Virus record (IMG/VR): IMGVR_UViG_3300043077_000092
Length of the DNA: 64,000 bases
Strand: one strand, 5' to 3'
Source of the DNA: a virus
Lineage: Duplodnaviria; Caudoviricetes
The translations under genes were made by a program, and so were the position numbers. Each line of letters begins with the position of its first letter. Position 1 is the stretch's first letter. The notes beneath the pieces were generated by a model. That model saw only the letters and a list, made by a program, of their open reading frames with translations. It was not told the origin of the DNA and made no database searches. Below, piece after piece: positions 8,675 to 19,101 of the stretch.

Positions 8675-11368
8675 TTAATATTTAAGACCAAGTCTAATCT
8701 TCTCGCTTGTTCTGGTAAGCTGATTACGGATACGCATAAGCTCATACTTGTTCTGCTTATTATCGTCTCCTCTGCTATCATCAATCTTTTCATTACAGAT
8801 CATGATTTCATCTTCCAGCTCTTTGAGAAGTTTTGCTCTCTCTTTTCCATCCAGATACTTGTCCGTTGCAATGTACCCAATGAAAGTAATCCCTGTGATA
8901 ATTGATGCCGCAGGAATTACGTTACCAACTGCCGCACCGCATAGCAGTCCAATACCACGTTTAATCCAACGCATTACCTTTGGACCAGCACCACCTTTAA
9001 GGATGATATTCCTACGCTCATTGGCATCTTTTTCCTTCATGGTATCATACTGCTGTTGAATGAATTTTTCCATTGGATCAATGGTATGCTTTACAGCAGC
9101 CTTTACCCCAGCGGTTTTATCATTCATTGCAGCCTTACTGAAACTTGCAGATGCCTTATCTGAAGCTCTACGAGCAATCTTTCCAGCATCAGATTCGATT
9201 ATCATATAACCATCTGATTCATCTCCGCCTACAACGTAGCTTGCCTCAATGATTGTAGCAACTCTAGCCAGATTTAACATAGCCTCTGTGATTTCATCAT
9301 CAGTTTCAGCTCTGTCAATTTCACAAAGAGTATATCCAACCTTTCTTGAAGCTACAGGGAATGGCGTAAGGTTCCCTATATTAAATGGGTCAGGATTAAA
9401 TCCAGTTTCTGTAGTAGACGGATTTGCACAAGTTACCTGAGCTCCACCCTGAGCCATCTCATCCATCACTTCATTATATGCTTCATCGATAACAGTTGCA
9501 AGAACTTCACTCATTGTATTTACGGATTCCATGAGTTCTTCATTACCACTACAACGGCTCTGAGTATATTCAAGAATAGTACCCGATGCCGCTAATAATG
9601 GGATGTCACTGTAATTAGGATGCGTAAATTCATACTTAGCCGTATTCTTATAGCATCTTAAGAAATCCAATGTTGACTGTCTATCACAAGCATCCGTTAC
9701 AATGGAAATGATTCCATGAAGTAATCCTGTTCCAGACAGTAATGGTTCTCTAACTACGTTTTCTAAGGTCATGAACATTTCAGTTCCATCATCTGAACCG
9801 AAGTTTACAGATTCCAGTATGGAGTATGACTCTGTAACATCACCCGGGCAATGTAACATTATGAGCATTTCTTTCGTACCGAAATCGGCATCCAACTTAT
9901 AGCCTGACGGCAATTGTCTATTAACCTTTTCAATCGCATCACTGATAGGATTAAAGATGGTATTGTTCATAACTTCATCATCGTCGAAAGAACGAGAATT
10001 AGTTACCACGTCAAGATAAGTACAGTAATATACTACCGCCTCATCATCTACCCCGTTAAAGAACTTCTCTTTCTCAAGAGTCTCATCATCTTTATTCTTA
10101 CGGTAAATTCCCCACTGAGCCTTTGACACTAATTTCTTGTCATAAGGTTTTAACTCTTCTTTAAGAAGTTTCATCGACTTTTCGTATATTTCTTTTCTGT
10201 CAGCTATTTTACTATCGTCATAGTCTTTAATAGATATGCCGTTTGAGTTACATATTGATTCAAACGTACCCTGAGACACAAGTTCCAAATTCCTCTTATT
10301 ATATCTATACAGATATACCGTATTAGGAGATTTGGTTGATTTTGTTTTGTAGAGAATGTCTTTTCCTGAGTTACGGTATCCCAAGGTGTTATATGCAAAT
10401 ATTGCTATTGCATTTTTTATAGAGTCACTACCATAATCAGGAATTTTGGTGATTGGAGAAGTTCTTAAACCATATCTCCATTTGTTTTCCTCTACCTTTT
10501 TCTCTGCGTAATCCTTCAACTGTAAGTAACCGATATACCCAAAGAAACCAGCGAGAAAAACCATCTCTATTATCGTATCACCACCCAACGCCTCACTTAC
10601 AGGAGTACATGATACATGATAACATCTATCATCTGGTGCTAAGTTGCTTGCAACCTGTAAAGGTAACGCATACACGTTATCATTACCAGATGCATTGATA
10701 CGCTCATCACATGCCTGAATAATCGAGCAAAGATTATAAGCGGATACCTCTTCAGCAGTTGCACCCTCGGACGGTGTTATTGAGTTACATTCAATCATAG
10801 AACGGACTGACTCTGAAATATTTAGAGCATCAGATACTTCCTGAATATCTCTTACACCATTTTTCTGTTCTCTAATGTTCTTTGTAACTACCAGATAGGA
10901 TTTAACATTGTCATCCTTAGAAGCCTCAAGTTTATCTCCTATAGAGTTATATTGAGCTGTTAAAGCTGCAATCAAAACTGAAGCTGGTAAAATTGTTACA
11001 ACGTATAAGATGAACCCAATGATCAGTGAAATGCAAGTGGTGAGAATAACTCCGCCAGCAAGTAATGCTCCGCTTATTGTAAGTAGTACACTATCGATTG
11101 ACTTTAATGTACCACCCATGAACTGAAGAATAGACTTTCCAAGGTCAGATAAGATATGATTTGGGGATGCGGTTAATTTAGTAGCCTCATCTACAATCTG
11201 TTTCTTTGTCATGACGTTGGAACCTTTACTAGAAAGAAGTCTATTGAAGTCTTTATTCTCCAGTAAGATTGGGAGCAGCTTATGAGTACATTCACTGATG
11301 ATTGAGCTGTATTCTTCATTGGTAAGATTTGAGAATCTAATCTTACGCTCTAAGTTTGTAATAGCCAT
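8675..11368 (-). CDS. Large putative virion (inner head/ejection-type) protein with hydrophobic helices
   Basis: 897 aa; three hydrophobic segments; C-terminal charged helical domain; many hydrophobic-x-E-S/A sites; late-type promoter upstream. Confidence 0.55.
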   Translation of the reverse strand: MAITNLERKIRFSNLTNEEYSSIISECTHKLLPILLENKDFNRLLSSKGSNVMTKKQIVDEATKLTASPNHILSDLGKSILQFMGGTLKSIDSVLLTISGALLAGGVILTTCISLIIGFILYVVTILPASVLIAALTAQYNSIGDKLEASKDDNVKSYLVVTKNIREQKNGVRDIQEVSDALNISESVRSMIECNSITPSEGATAEEVSAYNLCSIIQACDERINASGNDNVYALPLQVASNLAPDDRCYHVSCTPVSEALGGDTIIEMVFLAGFFGYIGYLQLKDYAEKKVEENKWRYGLRTSPITKIPDYGSDSIKNAIAIFAYNTLGYRNSGKDILYKTKSTKSPNTVYLYRYNKRNLELVSQGTFESICNSNGISIKDYDDSKIADRKEIYEKSMKLLKEELKPYDKKLVSKAQWGIYRKNKDDETLEKEKFFNGVDDEAVVYYCTYLDVVTNSRSFDDDEVMNNTIFNPISDAIEKVNRQLPSGYKLDADFGTKEMLIMLHCPGDVTESYSILESVNFGSDDGTEMFMTLENVVREPLLSGTGLLHGIISIVTDACDRQSTLDFLRCYKNTAKYEFTHPNYSDIPLLAASGTILEYTQSRCSGNEELMESVNTMSEVLATVIDEAYNEVMDEMAQGGAQVTCANPSTTETGFNPDPFNIGNLTPFPVASRKVGYTLCEIDRAETDDEITEAMLNLARVATIIEASYVVGGDESDGYMIIESDAGKIARRASDKASASFSKAAMNDKTAGVKAAVKHTIDPMEKFIQQQYDTMKEKDANERRNIILKGGAGPKVMRWIKRGIGLLCGAAVGNVIPAASIITGITFIGYIATDKYLDGKERAKLLKELEDEIMICNEKIDDSRGDDNKQNKYELMRIRNQLTRTSEKIRLGLKY

Positions 11369-11397
11369 TTTTCTGTTTACCTCCTTTATATTTGAAC

Positions 11398-11410
11398 TTA
11401 AATATTTGTT
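11398..11410 (-). promoter_or_regulatory. Putative late promoter AACA-N6-TAA
   Basis: AACAAATATTTAA. Confidence 0.65.
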
Positions 11411-11492
11411 TCAGAGCATATTGTTTTAAGAGGTTTCTAAGCTGAATATAACGGAAGTAAACTCGTACTTTTGTTCGTCCACGCAAGTTACA

Positions 11493-11505
11493 AACAAAGA
11501 TATAA
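11493..11505 (+). promoter_or_regulatory. Putative late promoter AACA-N6-TAA (divergent partner)
   Basis: AACAAAGATATAA. Confidence 0.65.
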
Positions 11506-11570
11506 TCGCATGAATATAGGAGATAGCGTGTCGTTCTTCTATATAATATATCAAGAAGGAGGTAATTCAT

Positions 11571-12110
11571 ATGGCATATTCAGAGGAAAAAGATCTCATC
11601 CAAAATGTGAAAGATCTCAGTAGTTCTGTAGACCAGATGTGTAAAGAGTTTTCTCAGGTAGAGCCATCTATACAGGAAGTTCTTGCACTCAGAGATGAGT
11701 TTACTGAACTTTCGAATAAAACGACTGGCGTCATTAAGATGTATGAGAATACTCTTAAGGCTAGAGATGCTGAATACGGCTCTTTACTTGAAGACTGTCG
11801 TTCACAGTTTAAACAGGTTACCAACGACGTTGAGTCACTTGTAAACTTGGAAGTAAACTTTGAAGATATCAAAGAGCGTATCGAACAGTGCATTAAGTTG
11901 AGCGATACAATCGCCGCAGTTGCTCAGGGACCATTCGTGGTCATGAAAGGAACGGACGATTATGTAGATCCTGAAGACCGTTTACCATTTAAGCATTATC
12001 TGAAAGTAATTGATTCTGCTGAAATTAAAGGTGACGGTAGTTCAACTGTAGTTTTGCCAACTGAGGTAAAAGTATCCCCGGTTATGGCGATTTCTTACGA
12101 TGCTGAATAG
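11571..12110 (+). CDS. Coiled-coil putative structural protein
   Basis: AAGGAGG RBS; heptad pattern; first gene of a plus-strand structural cluster. Confidence 0.6.
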   Translation: MAYSEEKDLIQNVKDLSSSVDQMCKEFSQVEPSIQEVLALRDEFTELSNKTTGVIKMYENTLKARDAEYGSLLEDCRSQFKQVTNDVESLVNLEVNFEDIKERIEQCIKLSDTIAAVAQGPFVVMKGTDDYVDPEDRLPFKHYLKVIDSAEIKGDGSSTVVLPTEVKVSPVMAISYDAE

Positions 12111-12173
12111 TCAGAAATAACTCTGGCTATTTAAGTATAAAATATTATAAATAAAGGAAAAGGAGAACGAATT

Positions 12174-13232
12174 ATGGCTGATTTGAATCAGGTAAGAATT
12201 CAGGTCCTTGACGCCAACACTGGCGCCGTATTGGACAGAGTGGATGTAAAGACATCCGATGGTGCCGTTTATTTACCTGACGGTTCCACATTGAGAAGCT
12301 GGATTGCTGCTACTGAGGAGTCTCAATCTGAGTTCCAGCAGAAATTAGCTGCACATCTTGCACAGAAACATGTAAACCCTGATAAGATCGATTCTATTCT
12401 TACAGGTGTTACATTCGATTCTAAAACCGGTGTATTCAAGATCGCAAAGCATGACGGTACTACTGAGGAGATTGATACTCTCTTGGAGAAAGTTGCCGTT
12501 AACTTCACACTTGAGGACGGCGAGGCTGGTACTGATGATGCCGGTAAGACATTCCTTGTACTTACTGCTGAAGACGGTACCGCTCAGAGGCTTGATGTTA
12601 CAAAACTTATCGACGTTTATACCGGCTCAGACGGAACAAACGTTGTTGTTGCAGTAAGCGCTGACAAGAAGATTTCCGCTACTCTCGTTGAGGGTTCTAT
12701 CGGCAAGTCTTTGCTTGCTAAGGAAGTTCTTGATGCAATCGCAGAGCAGTATGAGCTCGTTGCTGCTACAACTACAACCCTTGGTGGCGTTATCGTTGGC
12801 AACGGTTTATCTGTAGATGCTACAGGTAAGATCGCAACCACAAACGTTAAGTATGGCGATACAAGTATCGGTGTAAACTTCGCAACAGAAGAGACAACTG
12901 CTGTTATCGCAGTTTCCGGTCCTGCTGATTCCGCTGTTATTACAACAACGGGAACAGCCGTAGCTCCACTCACCGTAACTTCTTCAATCACAGGCGATGC
13001 AGCTTCTGCTGCAACTGCAACATATCAGTGGTATAAGAAGGTTGTTGGAACAGACGTTGCATTCTCTGCAATTAGCGGAGCAACCGCTGCAACTCTTCCT
13101 GCTGACAAGATCGATGTTTCTACAGAAGGAACAACCATCTACTACTGCCTCGTTTCCGCAACAGGCGAAGGTGTTGTTGCTGACCCTGTAACAAGCAAGA
13201 GAATTTCTGTTGTTGTTGAGGCGACAGCTTAA
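12174..13232 (+). CDS. Putative head/tail fibre or decoration protein with C-terminal Ig-like domain
   Basis: ATTTTLGGVIVGNGLSVDATG fibre repeat; TYQWYK...YYCLVS Ig-like signature; strongly biased codon usage. Confidence 0.65.
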   Translation: MADLNQVRIQVLDANTGAVLDRVDVKTSDGAVYLPDGSTLRSWIAATEESQSEFQQKLAAHLAQKHVNPDKIDSILTGVTFDSKTGVFKIAKHDGTTEEIDTLLEKVAVNFTLEDGEAGTDDAGKTFLVLTAEDGTAQRLDVTKLIDVYTGSDGTNVVVAVSADKKISATLVEGSIGKSLLAKEVLDAIAEQYELVAATTTTLGGVIVGNGLSVDATGKIATTNVKYGDTSIGVNFATEETTAVIAVSGPADSAVITTTGTAVAPLTVTSSITGDAASAATATYQWYKKVVGTDVAFSAISGATAATLPADKIDVSTEGTTIYYCLVSATGEGVVADPVTSKRISVVVEATA

Positions 13233-13269
13233 TCAACGCACAGTAAACTGTAGAGAGGAGGCGGTGTAA

Positions 13270-13710
13270 ATGCCTAATGTCTATAAAGTTCAGGATGAGG
13301 ACTCTGACGGAAATGTGTATCTCTATGCATCAGACGCAAAGATTGTGGCGTTCGATTCAAAGAATGCTACAAACCTCACTGCGGGTAATGCACAGGATGC
13401 AATTGAAGCTGTAAACAATAAGGCTGAGGGTAAGGCAGATATGCACACCTTATCTACTACAATATACGCCTCAGCCTTTGATGGAGCAACTGCCCCATAC
13501 AAACAGACAATCAAGGTATCAGGGATTCTTGCGACGGATACGCCGGACATCGGTGTTGTTTTGGATGATGTTGTTGCGACAGCTCTGAAACAGAAAGATT
13601 CTTTCGGAAGTATTTCAAGAATCACAACTGGAAACGGAAGTATCACCGTATGGTGCTACGAGGATAAACCCTCTGTAGATCTTCCAATCCAGATCAGAAT
13701 CATACGTTGA
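13270..13710 (+). CDS. Small tail-fibre-related protein
   Basis: LTAGNAQDAIEAV motif and APYKQTIKVSGILATDTP...KPSVDLPIQI beta domain typical of Bacillota phage fibres. Confidence 0.6.
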   Translation: MPNVYKVQDEDSDGNVYLYASDAKIVAFDSKNATNLTAGNAQDAIEAVNNKAEGKADMHTLSTTIYASAFDGATAPYKQTIKVSGILATDTPDIGVVLDDVVATALKQKDSFGSISRITTGNGSITVWCYEDKPSVDLPIQIRIIR

Positions 13711-13713
13711 TAC

Positions 13714-13766
13714 AAAAAATAAAGAGATGGAACGATTCCGTAATGGTTTCGTTCCATCTCTTTTAT
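13714..13766. terminator. Bidirectional terminator between convergent genes
   Basis: AAAGAGATGGAACGA / TCGTTCCATCTCTTT. Confidence 0.8.
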
Positions 13767-14306
13767 CTAGTTAAATTCAGAGTAATCAACCGTTGCAATG
13801 TCATCGTATGCGACACCATAGCCTTCTACTTCAGTCGAATTTTGGATGCTTTCATTGAGTGTATTCATACTCGTAGCAATATTATCAGCATTAATGGAGA
13901 TAGTAGTTGTACCAACCTCAATGGTAAGTGTTCTTTCTTCCGTATCAGGGTCATAATTAACCGATACGCTGCAAGATAAACTTGTAACCGTATGCTTTGC
14001 ATCATCCTGCTTTAATGGCTTATCGTACTTGATATGCTGACCGCAATAATGACAGAAGAATGGCTTATCAATGAAATGATGACCGCATCTGGGACATGCG
14101 TATCCCATCGTTACATCTTCACTAGGCTGAATCGCAGTTGCTGCGTTTTGACGCTGAATTGCAGAATTAGCAATTTCTAAAGCATCCTTTTCTGTTTTGA
14201 AATCATTTACCTCAGATGACTTAAGTCCAGTTTGTTTCAGTGCATCATTAATGAACGCAATACGTTCTCTGATCCACTTTATCGCTCTCTCATTCTTTAA
14301 TCTCAT
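13767..14306 (-). CDS. Zinc-ribbon hypothetical protein
   Basis: CPRC...CHYCGQ; TACA-N6-TAA at 14335-14347 upstream. Confidence 0.65.
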   Translation of the reverse strand: MRLKNERAIKWIRERIAFINDALKQTGLKSSEVNDFKTEKDALEIANSAIQRQNAATAIQPSEDVTMGYACPRCGHHFIDKPFFCHYCGQHIKYDKPLKQDDAKHTVTSLSCSVSVNYDPDTEERTLTIEVGTTTISINADNIATSMNTLNESIQNSTEVEGYGVAYDDIATVDYSEFN

Positions 14307-14359
14307 GGGTTTAGATTCCTCCTTCCTATAACTATTAATATTTTGTATAGGACGAGGGA

Positions 14360-17065
14360 TTAAACTACGTTCTTTAACCAGTCTGGAGTAAAGTTCTGAT
14401 TATACACTTTAACAACATATTTCCCATCAGTATTATCAATTGTGCTTTCAGTTGTCTGTAATACATTTACTGAGTACATATCAAACATTGAGTTATGAGA
14501 TATGAGGAATATCTGAGTAGCTGATATAGTTGTCATATACTGTTCAATAATGTCAATATACTTAGACCTACCATACTTATCAAGGGCTGTATCCATTTCA
14601 TCAAGTAGCATAATGTTATACACCTTAGATACTAGTCGGATAAGTACTAGAGAAAATGCCAATGATAGCATTGCTCGTTCTCCATCAGATGCCTCTGATA
14701 TATCTCCAACTATAATTCCATTCTTCTTATACGGAATAGTAAACTCTTTATCGTTAATGATAAGTTTATCAGGGTCTTTAATGAGAGTGATATCAGGATA
14801 TGCAACGTGCATTAACTCATTGATAGAATCAATCATTTGGTTTCTAATTACATCATCAATGAACTCTACTGGAATACCCTTTGATGGAGATACTGCATCT
14901 CTAATAAGACAAGCTTCACTATATTTTGTAGAGAGCATTTCCTTTTCTTTTTCCAAAGAGTTTATCGTCTCAACCATATTATTGAGTTGGTTTAAACGAG
15001 TTCTATAACCAGACAAATCACTCTTGATACCCATCTCATTTTGTTGAATTTCTCTAAGCTGTAATGATAGGTCATCAAATTTCTTCTTACAATCTTCCAT
15101 CTCATTCAACTGAGATTGGATTTCATGAATCTTATTCCGACATTCTTCAAGTTCTTTAGCAAGTTCAATTTCAGACTCTAATTCCTTTAGAGATTTATTA
15201 AGTTCGTCTGATTGTTCTCTATTATACTCCAAATCTTTCTGGTGATGGGAGATAGTTTCATCAGTCTCAACTATAGCCTGATTTGTTCTCTCTAAATTCA
15301 CTTTCATAGAATCATATAGAGATATTGTATTTTCTAATCCTTCAAGTTGATCTGACGTAGACTTTTGTAAAGTCAGTAACTGAGTTTTCCTTACGGCGTT
15401 TTCCATATAGGAAATTGTATTACTCATTAGTACCGTATCATAAACCAGTCTATCTGTATTCTCTATGAACTTGATAACGAATGTCTCTGGGTTAAATATC
15501 TCAATTGGTACTATAGAGATTAAGTCTTTATGAGAGTTAATATATCCATAGAGTTTCTTTATGATAAAGAGAATGATCCTTCTATCTTCTGCGATTCTTA
15601 ATCTATCGTTCTCCGACTTTAGTATCTGCTCAGCCTTATCCTTCTTAGCTGTCAATATATCAACACTATCCAGATAGAACTTCTTATATGGACAATCTTT
15701 CTCATCACATGAGTATTGAATCTTTGGGAGTTTTATATTCCCAGATAACTGATTCGCATTCTCCAAATTTGAAATACGCTCTAGTGCCGCTTTATATGCA
15801 ATATCTACTTCCTGCTCAAAGTGTTTATTCTTAAGGTATCCAGATAATATCTCTGGTATCAAATCCTGATATCGAACCTCTGTGACCAAATCTGTGCATA
15901 AACCCCGAAGTTCATCCAAGTAGATACTTGCTTTTACAAGATTTTCTTTTTCAGTTGTATAATCAACTCCTTCTACGACATCAACATCTGAAAGACCTAA
16001 AAGTTCTGCCGATATGGATGCTAACAATTTCTCCAACTCAATCTTATTGGTACTTGTCTCCATACGACTAATTGAACTCTCTAAGTCATTTCTCATATTG
16101 AGCTTAACTTCTTTAAACTCAAGTTCTGATTTGATAGTTGACTCTAATGATTCAATTCTAAGTTCTGTAGATATGAGATTTTTTGATAATCCATTCTTCT
16201 CATTCTCAAGAACTGCCACATCTGAAGAAGTCTTTCTCTTTAACTTCAAATGCTCAACCTTTGTGAACAATTCGGTTACAGTACCCTGACAAGATTCATA
16301 TTCCTGATAAGCACTTTGATTCATTTCGAGTTTGGATTTTACAGCACCTTCATTCTTCAAGACAGAAGACAATTGATCTTCCAATTTCTTGATAATACCG
16401 TTAATCTCCTTTACTTCTCGCTTTATATCATCCTTGTCATAAGTACCATATCTATCCAACTTATCAACTACATTGGATAGTATTGTCTTAAGTTCTTTTA
16501 CAACAGCACTTGCATTCTTGTAATAGGTCATGTAGATATTGAGTTCTGTAAATATCTTTACTGCAAGTTTCTTACGTTCACCCGATGTATACTCAACCAT
16601 ACTTCTTACACTATTACCAAGCGACAATAATGTCAAGAATGATTCATCAATACAAAAGTATTGTTGAACCAATTCATTGAACGTAGTAACTAATCCACTA
16701 GGGTTAAGTTCCTCATCATTGAGCTTAAAGAAACTTTTCACCTGTAATGAATCATCGGGTTTTCTAATATAGATATGCTGACAAGTAATATACTTATTGC
16801 CAAGCTTATAACGAATTACTTTCTGTCCGTTTCTCTTTGACATAATCAAATCTCTATTAGCGGACTCATCACCCGTTCCTGAATTAAATGCAAATGGGTG
16901 GATACTCTTTAATATAGAAGATTTACCAGAACCACTATCACCTACAAACAGATAGGTTTGGTTTGGCATCTCTGAAAAGTTTAGGTATAATCTATCGATA
17001 TGCATTCCTGTATGGATTTTAGCAAATCCTTCAAGATACAAATCTATGATGTTAAATTCTTTCAA
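14360..17065 (-). CDS. sbcC: SbcC/Rad50-like SMC ATPase
   Basis: Walker A GDSGSGKS, long coiled coils, CDEKDCPY hook-like motif, ASDGE signature, LLDEMD Walker B, SH loop; likely TTG start at 17065 behind GAGGTG; TACA-N6-TAA at 17127-17139. Confidence 0.9.
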   Translation of the reverse strand: MKEFNIIDLYLEGFAKIHTGMHIDRLYLNFSEMPNQTYLFVGDSGSGKSSILKSIHPFAFNSGTGDESANRDLIMSKRNGQKVIRYKLGNKYITCQHIYIRKPDDSLQVKSFFKLNDEELNPSGLVTTFNELVQQYFCIDESFLTLLSLGNSVRSMVEYTSGERKKLAVKIFTELNIYMTYYKNASAVVKELKTILSNVVDKLDRYGTYDKDDIKREVKEINGIIKKLEDQLSSVLKNEGAVKSKLEMNQSAYQEYESCQGTVTELFTKVEHLKLKRKTSSDVAVLENEKNGLSKNLISTELRIESLESTIKSELEFKEVKLNMRNDLESSISRMETSTNKIELEKLLASISAELLGLSDVDVVEGVDYTTEKENLVKASIYLDELRGLCTDLVTEVRYQDLIPEILSGYLKNKHFEQEVDIAYKAALERISNLENANQLSGNIKLPKIQYSCDEKDCPYKKFYLDSVDILTAKKDKAEQILKSENDRLRIAEDRRIILFIIKKLYGYINSHKDLISIVPIEIFNPETFVIKFIENTDRLVYDTVLMSNTISYMENAVRKTQLLTLQKSTSDQLEGLENTISLYDSMKVNLERTNQAIVETDETISHHQKDLEYNREQSDELNKSLKELESEIELAKELEECRNKIHEIQSQLNEMEDCKKKFDDLSLQLREIQQNEMGIKSDLSGYRTRLNQLNNMVETINSLEKEKEMLSTKYSEACLIRDAVSPSKGIPVEFIDDVIRNQMIDSINELMHVAYPDITLIKDPDKLIINDKEFTIPYKKNGIIVGDISEASDGERAMLSLAFSLVLIRLVSKVYNIMLLDEMDTALDKYGRSKYIDIIEQYMTTISATQIFLISHNSMFDMYSVNVLQTTESTIDNTDGKYVVKVYNQNFTPDWLKNVV

Positions 17066-17150
17066 GTAAATCACCTCTTTCCGAAATATAAAAAAGTAAG
17101 ACGGTAAACTATACACCGCCTTACTTTTAAGTTTTTGTATTCTTAATTCT

Positions 17151-17345
17151 CTATGAGATATCAAGTACATGAAGTTCATAGAACTTAGTAAAGATTTCTC
17201 CACTAGATGGACTGCGAACCAATTTAAAATCACGTTTCGGATTAACCTTGAGCTCTTCGCGCTCAATATCTGAAACTTTAAATAGTTCTCGTTCATGCAG
17301 GAGATACTTTCCCAAGCACCTGTTATCTCCGCATATCTTACACAT
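17151..17345 (-). CDS. Small hypothetical protein
   Basis: AAGGAG RBS; CKIC...C motif. Confidence 0.55.
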   Translation of the reverse strand: MCKICGDNRCLGKYLLHERELFKVSDIEREELKVNPKRDFKLVRSPSSGEIFTKFYELHVLDIS

Positions 17346-17372
17346 TGATGTCTCTCCTTTGCTAGTTATTAT

Positions 17373-18431
17373 TTAGTTAAGATTTAAAATATTGACCGGC
17401 AATAACTTCTTGAGTTCGGGTAGTACCGCCTTTGAATAGTTCTTAGCGAGTTTCTTTCTCAATGCTTCAATCTCAGCCCACGAATCATCGACCAATTTCT
17501 GGCTAACGACATCAATCTCTTCCGCAATGTACTCACCATTGAAGAATGCAACGTTGAGTGTATCGTTCATTACATAGAGCGATGTATTGGTAATAACCAA
17601 TTTGTTAGTGTAATAACATATCTGCCCGACATGGTTCTCAATCATCCAAGTTTTCATGTCCTCCAGTTTGATGCTTCCTGTGCGTTTACCGAGGACTGTA
17701 GCAACGTCTTCTCTGTTCAGAATGTGAGATACATTAACCGCATCACAGGTATCTTTCCTAATGATATAAGCGCTACCTGAATGGAATCTGCCAGCATCAC
17801 TGACGTATGGTGGGTTCGGGACGACCAGAATTTTGTTCGAATAAACCTCACAGGTCTTCCCACCTGTCATTATCCTACTAAGCGGTATATGAGTAGTGCA
17901 GACAGACGCAACTGCCGCTTTCATCTTATCCTCTTCCGAAAGAAGTTCTTTTGCGTTGGCAAGTAACAACTTATCGTTAATTTCGGAATAATTGACAGCC
18001 ATCTCAAACTTCAGCTCCCAGTAAATGTCACGTAACTTTCTGTCATTCCAATCAAATGAAGAAATCCGCATAAAATCATGCCGACCCGAAGTCGAGTCAA
18101 AATAACTCAATAAAATATCTGAGTTATATCTTATATACATTACAAGCGACTCCCCAATTTTTCTCAACTGGAAGTCATCGATGGATGGAATATCATATCC
18201 AAAATTATTTTTAAGCATTTTGGATGCTGTTAGATTCTGTACGGTCGAATCGTCCGGTTTAAACGTATTAACCTGCGTGCCTGATACAAAGGCATAGTTG
18301 TTTTTATCAATCGTAACTGCGCAATCATACAACCCTTCAGCCTTAATCGAACTTTTTCTATCAGGAAAGTAAATCTTCCCATCCTTATTTGCTAATAAGC
18401 CTTTGTCCCCTTTTACAAACAGTAGTAACAT
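17373..18431 (-). CDS. Hypothetical protein
   Basis: 352 aa ORF with GGAGG RBS. Confidence 0.65.
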   Translation of the reverse strand: MLLLFVKGDKGLLANKDGKIYFPDRKSSIKAEGLYDCAVTIDKNNYAFVSGTQVNTFKPDDSTVQNLTASKMLKNNFGYDIPSIDDFQLRKIGESLVMYIRYNSDILLSYFDSTSGRHDFMRISSFDWNDRKLRDIYWELKFEMAVNYSEINDKLLLANAKELLSEEDKMKAAVASVCTTHIPLSRIMTGGKTCEVYSNKILVVPNPPYVSDAGRFHSGSAYIIRKDTCDAVNVSHILNREDVATVLGKRTGSIKLEDMKTWMIENHVGQICYYTNKLVITNTSLYVMNDTLNVAFFNGEYIAEEIDVVSQKLVDDSWAEIEALRKKLAKNYSKAVLPELKKLLPVNILNLN

Positions 18432-18478
18432 CTTTTTCCTCCAATCATAATAAATGGTTTTAATGTTCCGTATATTAG

Positions 18479-19084
18479 TTAATTCTCTTGTATAGATACA
18501 GATACATTCGTGTTGTTATTCGCCGCATGTTCCTCCCTTGAAATACAGGCGTACTCTGGGTCATCTTTAAATCTTTCAGACTTTGGATTGTATTGTCTTC
18601 GGTTCATACCCAGTATAAAGTTTCTGGATTTCTCCAGATTTTCCATAACGACTTTCATTGCAGTTAATGTATCCTTTAAATCCCTGCGTCGTATGAAAAG
18701 TTCCTGTTGAATGTTAAACATTTCTACTTTCTCATGGGAAGTGAATGTCTTTCCAACCAGATAAGCTCTTGTCATCTTATGAGAGATATCCTCTAATTCT
18801 TTTTCGGACTCAATAAACTGAGCCTCAACATCACGTACCTTATCTCTTAGTATAATACACATGGAATCGAGGACTGTGACACTAAAATCAAGCTTATGAT
18901 TAATGAATGTTATAGTGGTATCGGGAGTACTGGTATCGATATAGCTATCGAGAATCTTCATAATAGCAGATACATCAGTGTCATCTTCCGTTAAGCCCAC
19001 TTCATGTCCCTGAGGGAGACTACGATTTTCATCTAAACTGATCCTATAATTATACTCCTCGTCAGTCTTAAATTTATTATCCAT
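18479..19084 (-). CDS. Hypothetical coiled-coil protein
   Basis: AAGGAGG RBS; helical heptads. Confidence 0.65.
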   Translation of the reverse strand: MDNKFKTDEEYNYRISLDENRSLPQGHEVGLTEDDTDVSAIMKILDSYIDTSTPDTTITFINHKLDFSVTVLDSMCIILRDKVRDVEAQFIESEKELEDISHKMTRAYLVGKTFTSHEKVEMFNIQQELFIRRRDLKDTLTAMKVVMENLEKSRNFILGMNRRQYNPKSERFKDDPEYACISREEHAANNNTNVSVSIQEN

Positions 19085-19101
19085 TAGTACGCCCTCCTTT
19101 C

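Noticed and set aside
17066-17296. N-terminal 77 aa of the 978-aa SbcC ORF
   Set aside because: Overlaps the RBS-supported 17151..17345 gene; a better RBS plus TTG start and a promoter motif lie at 17065-17139
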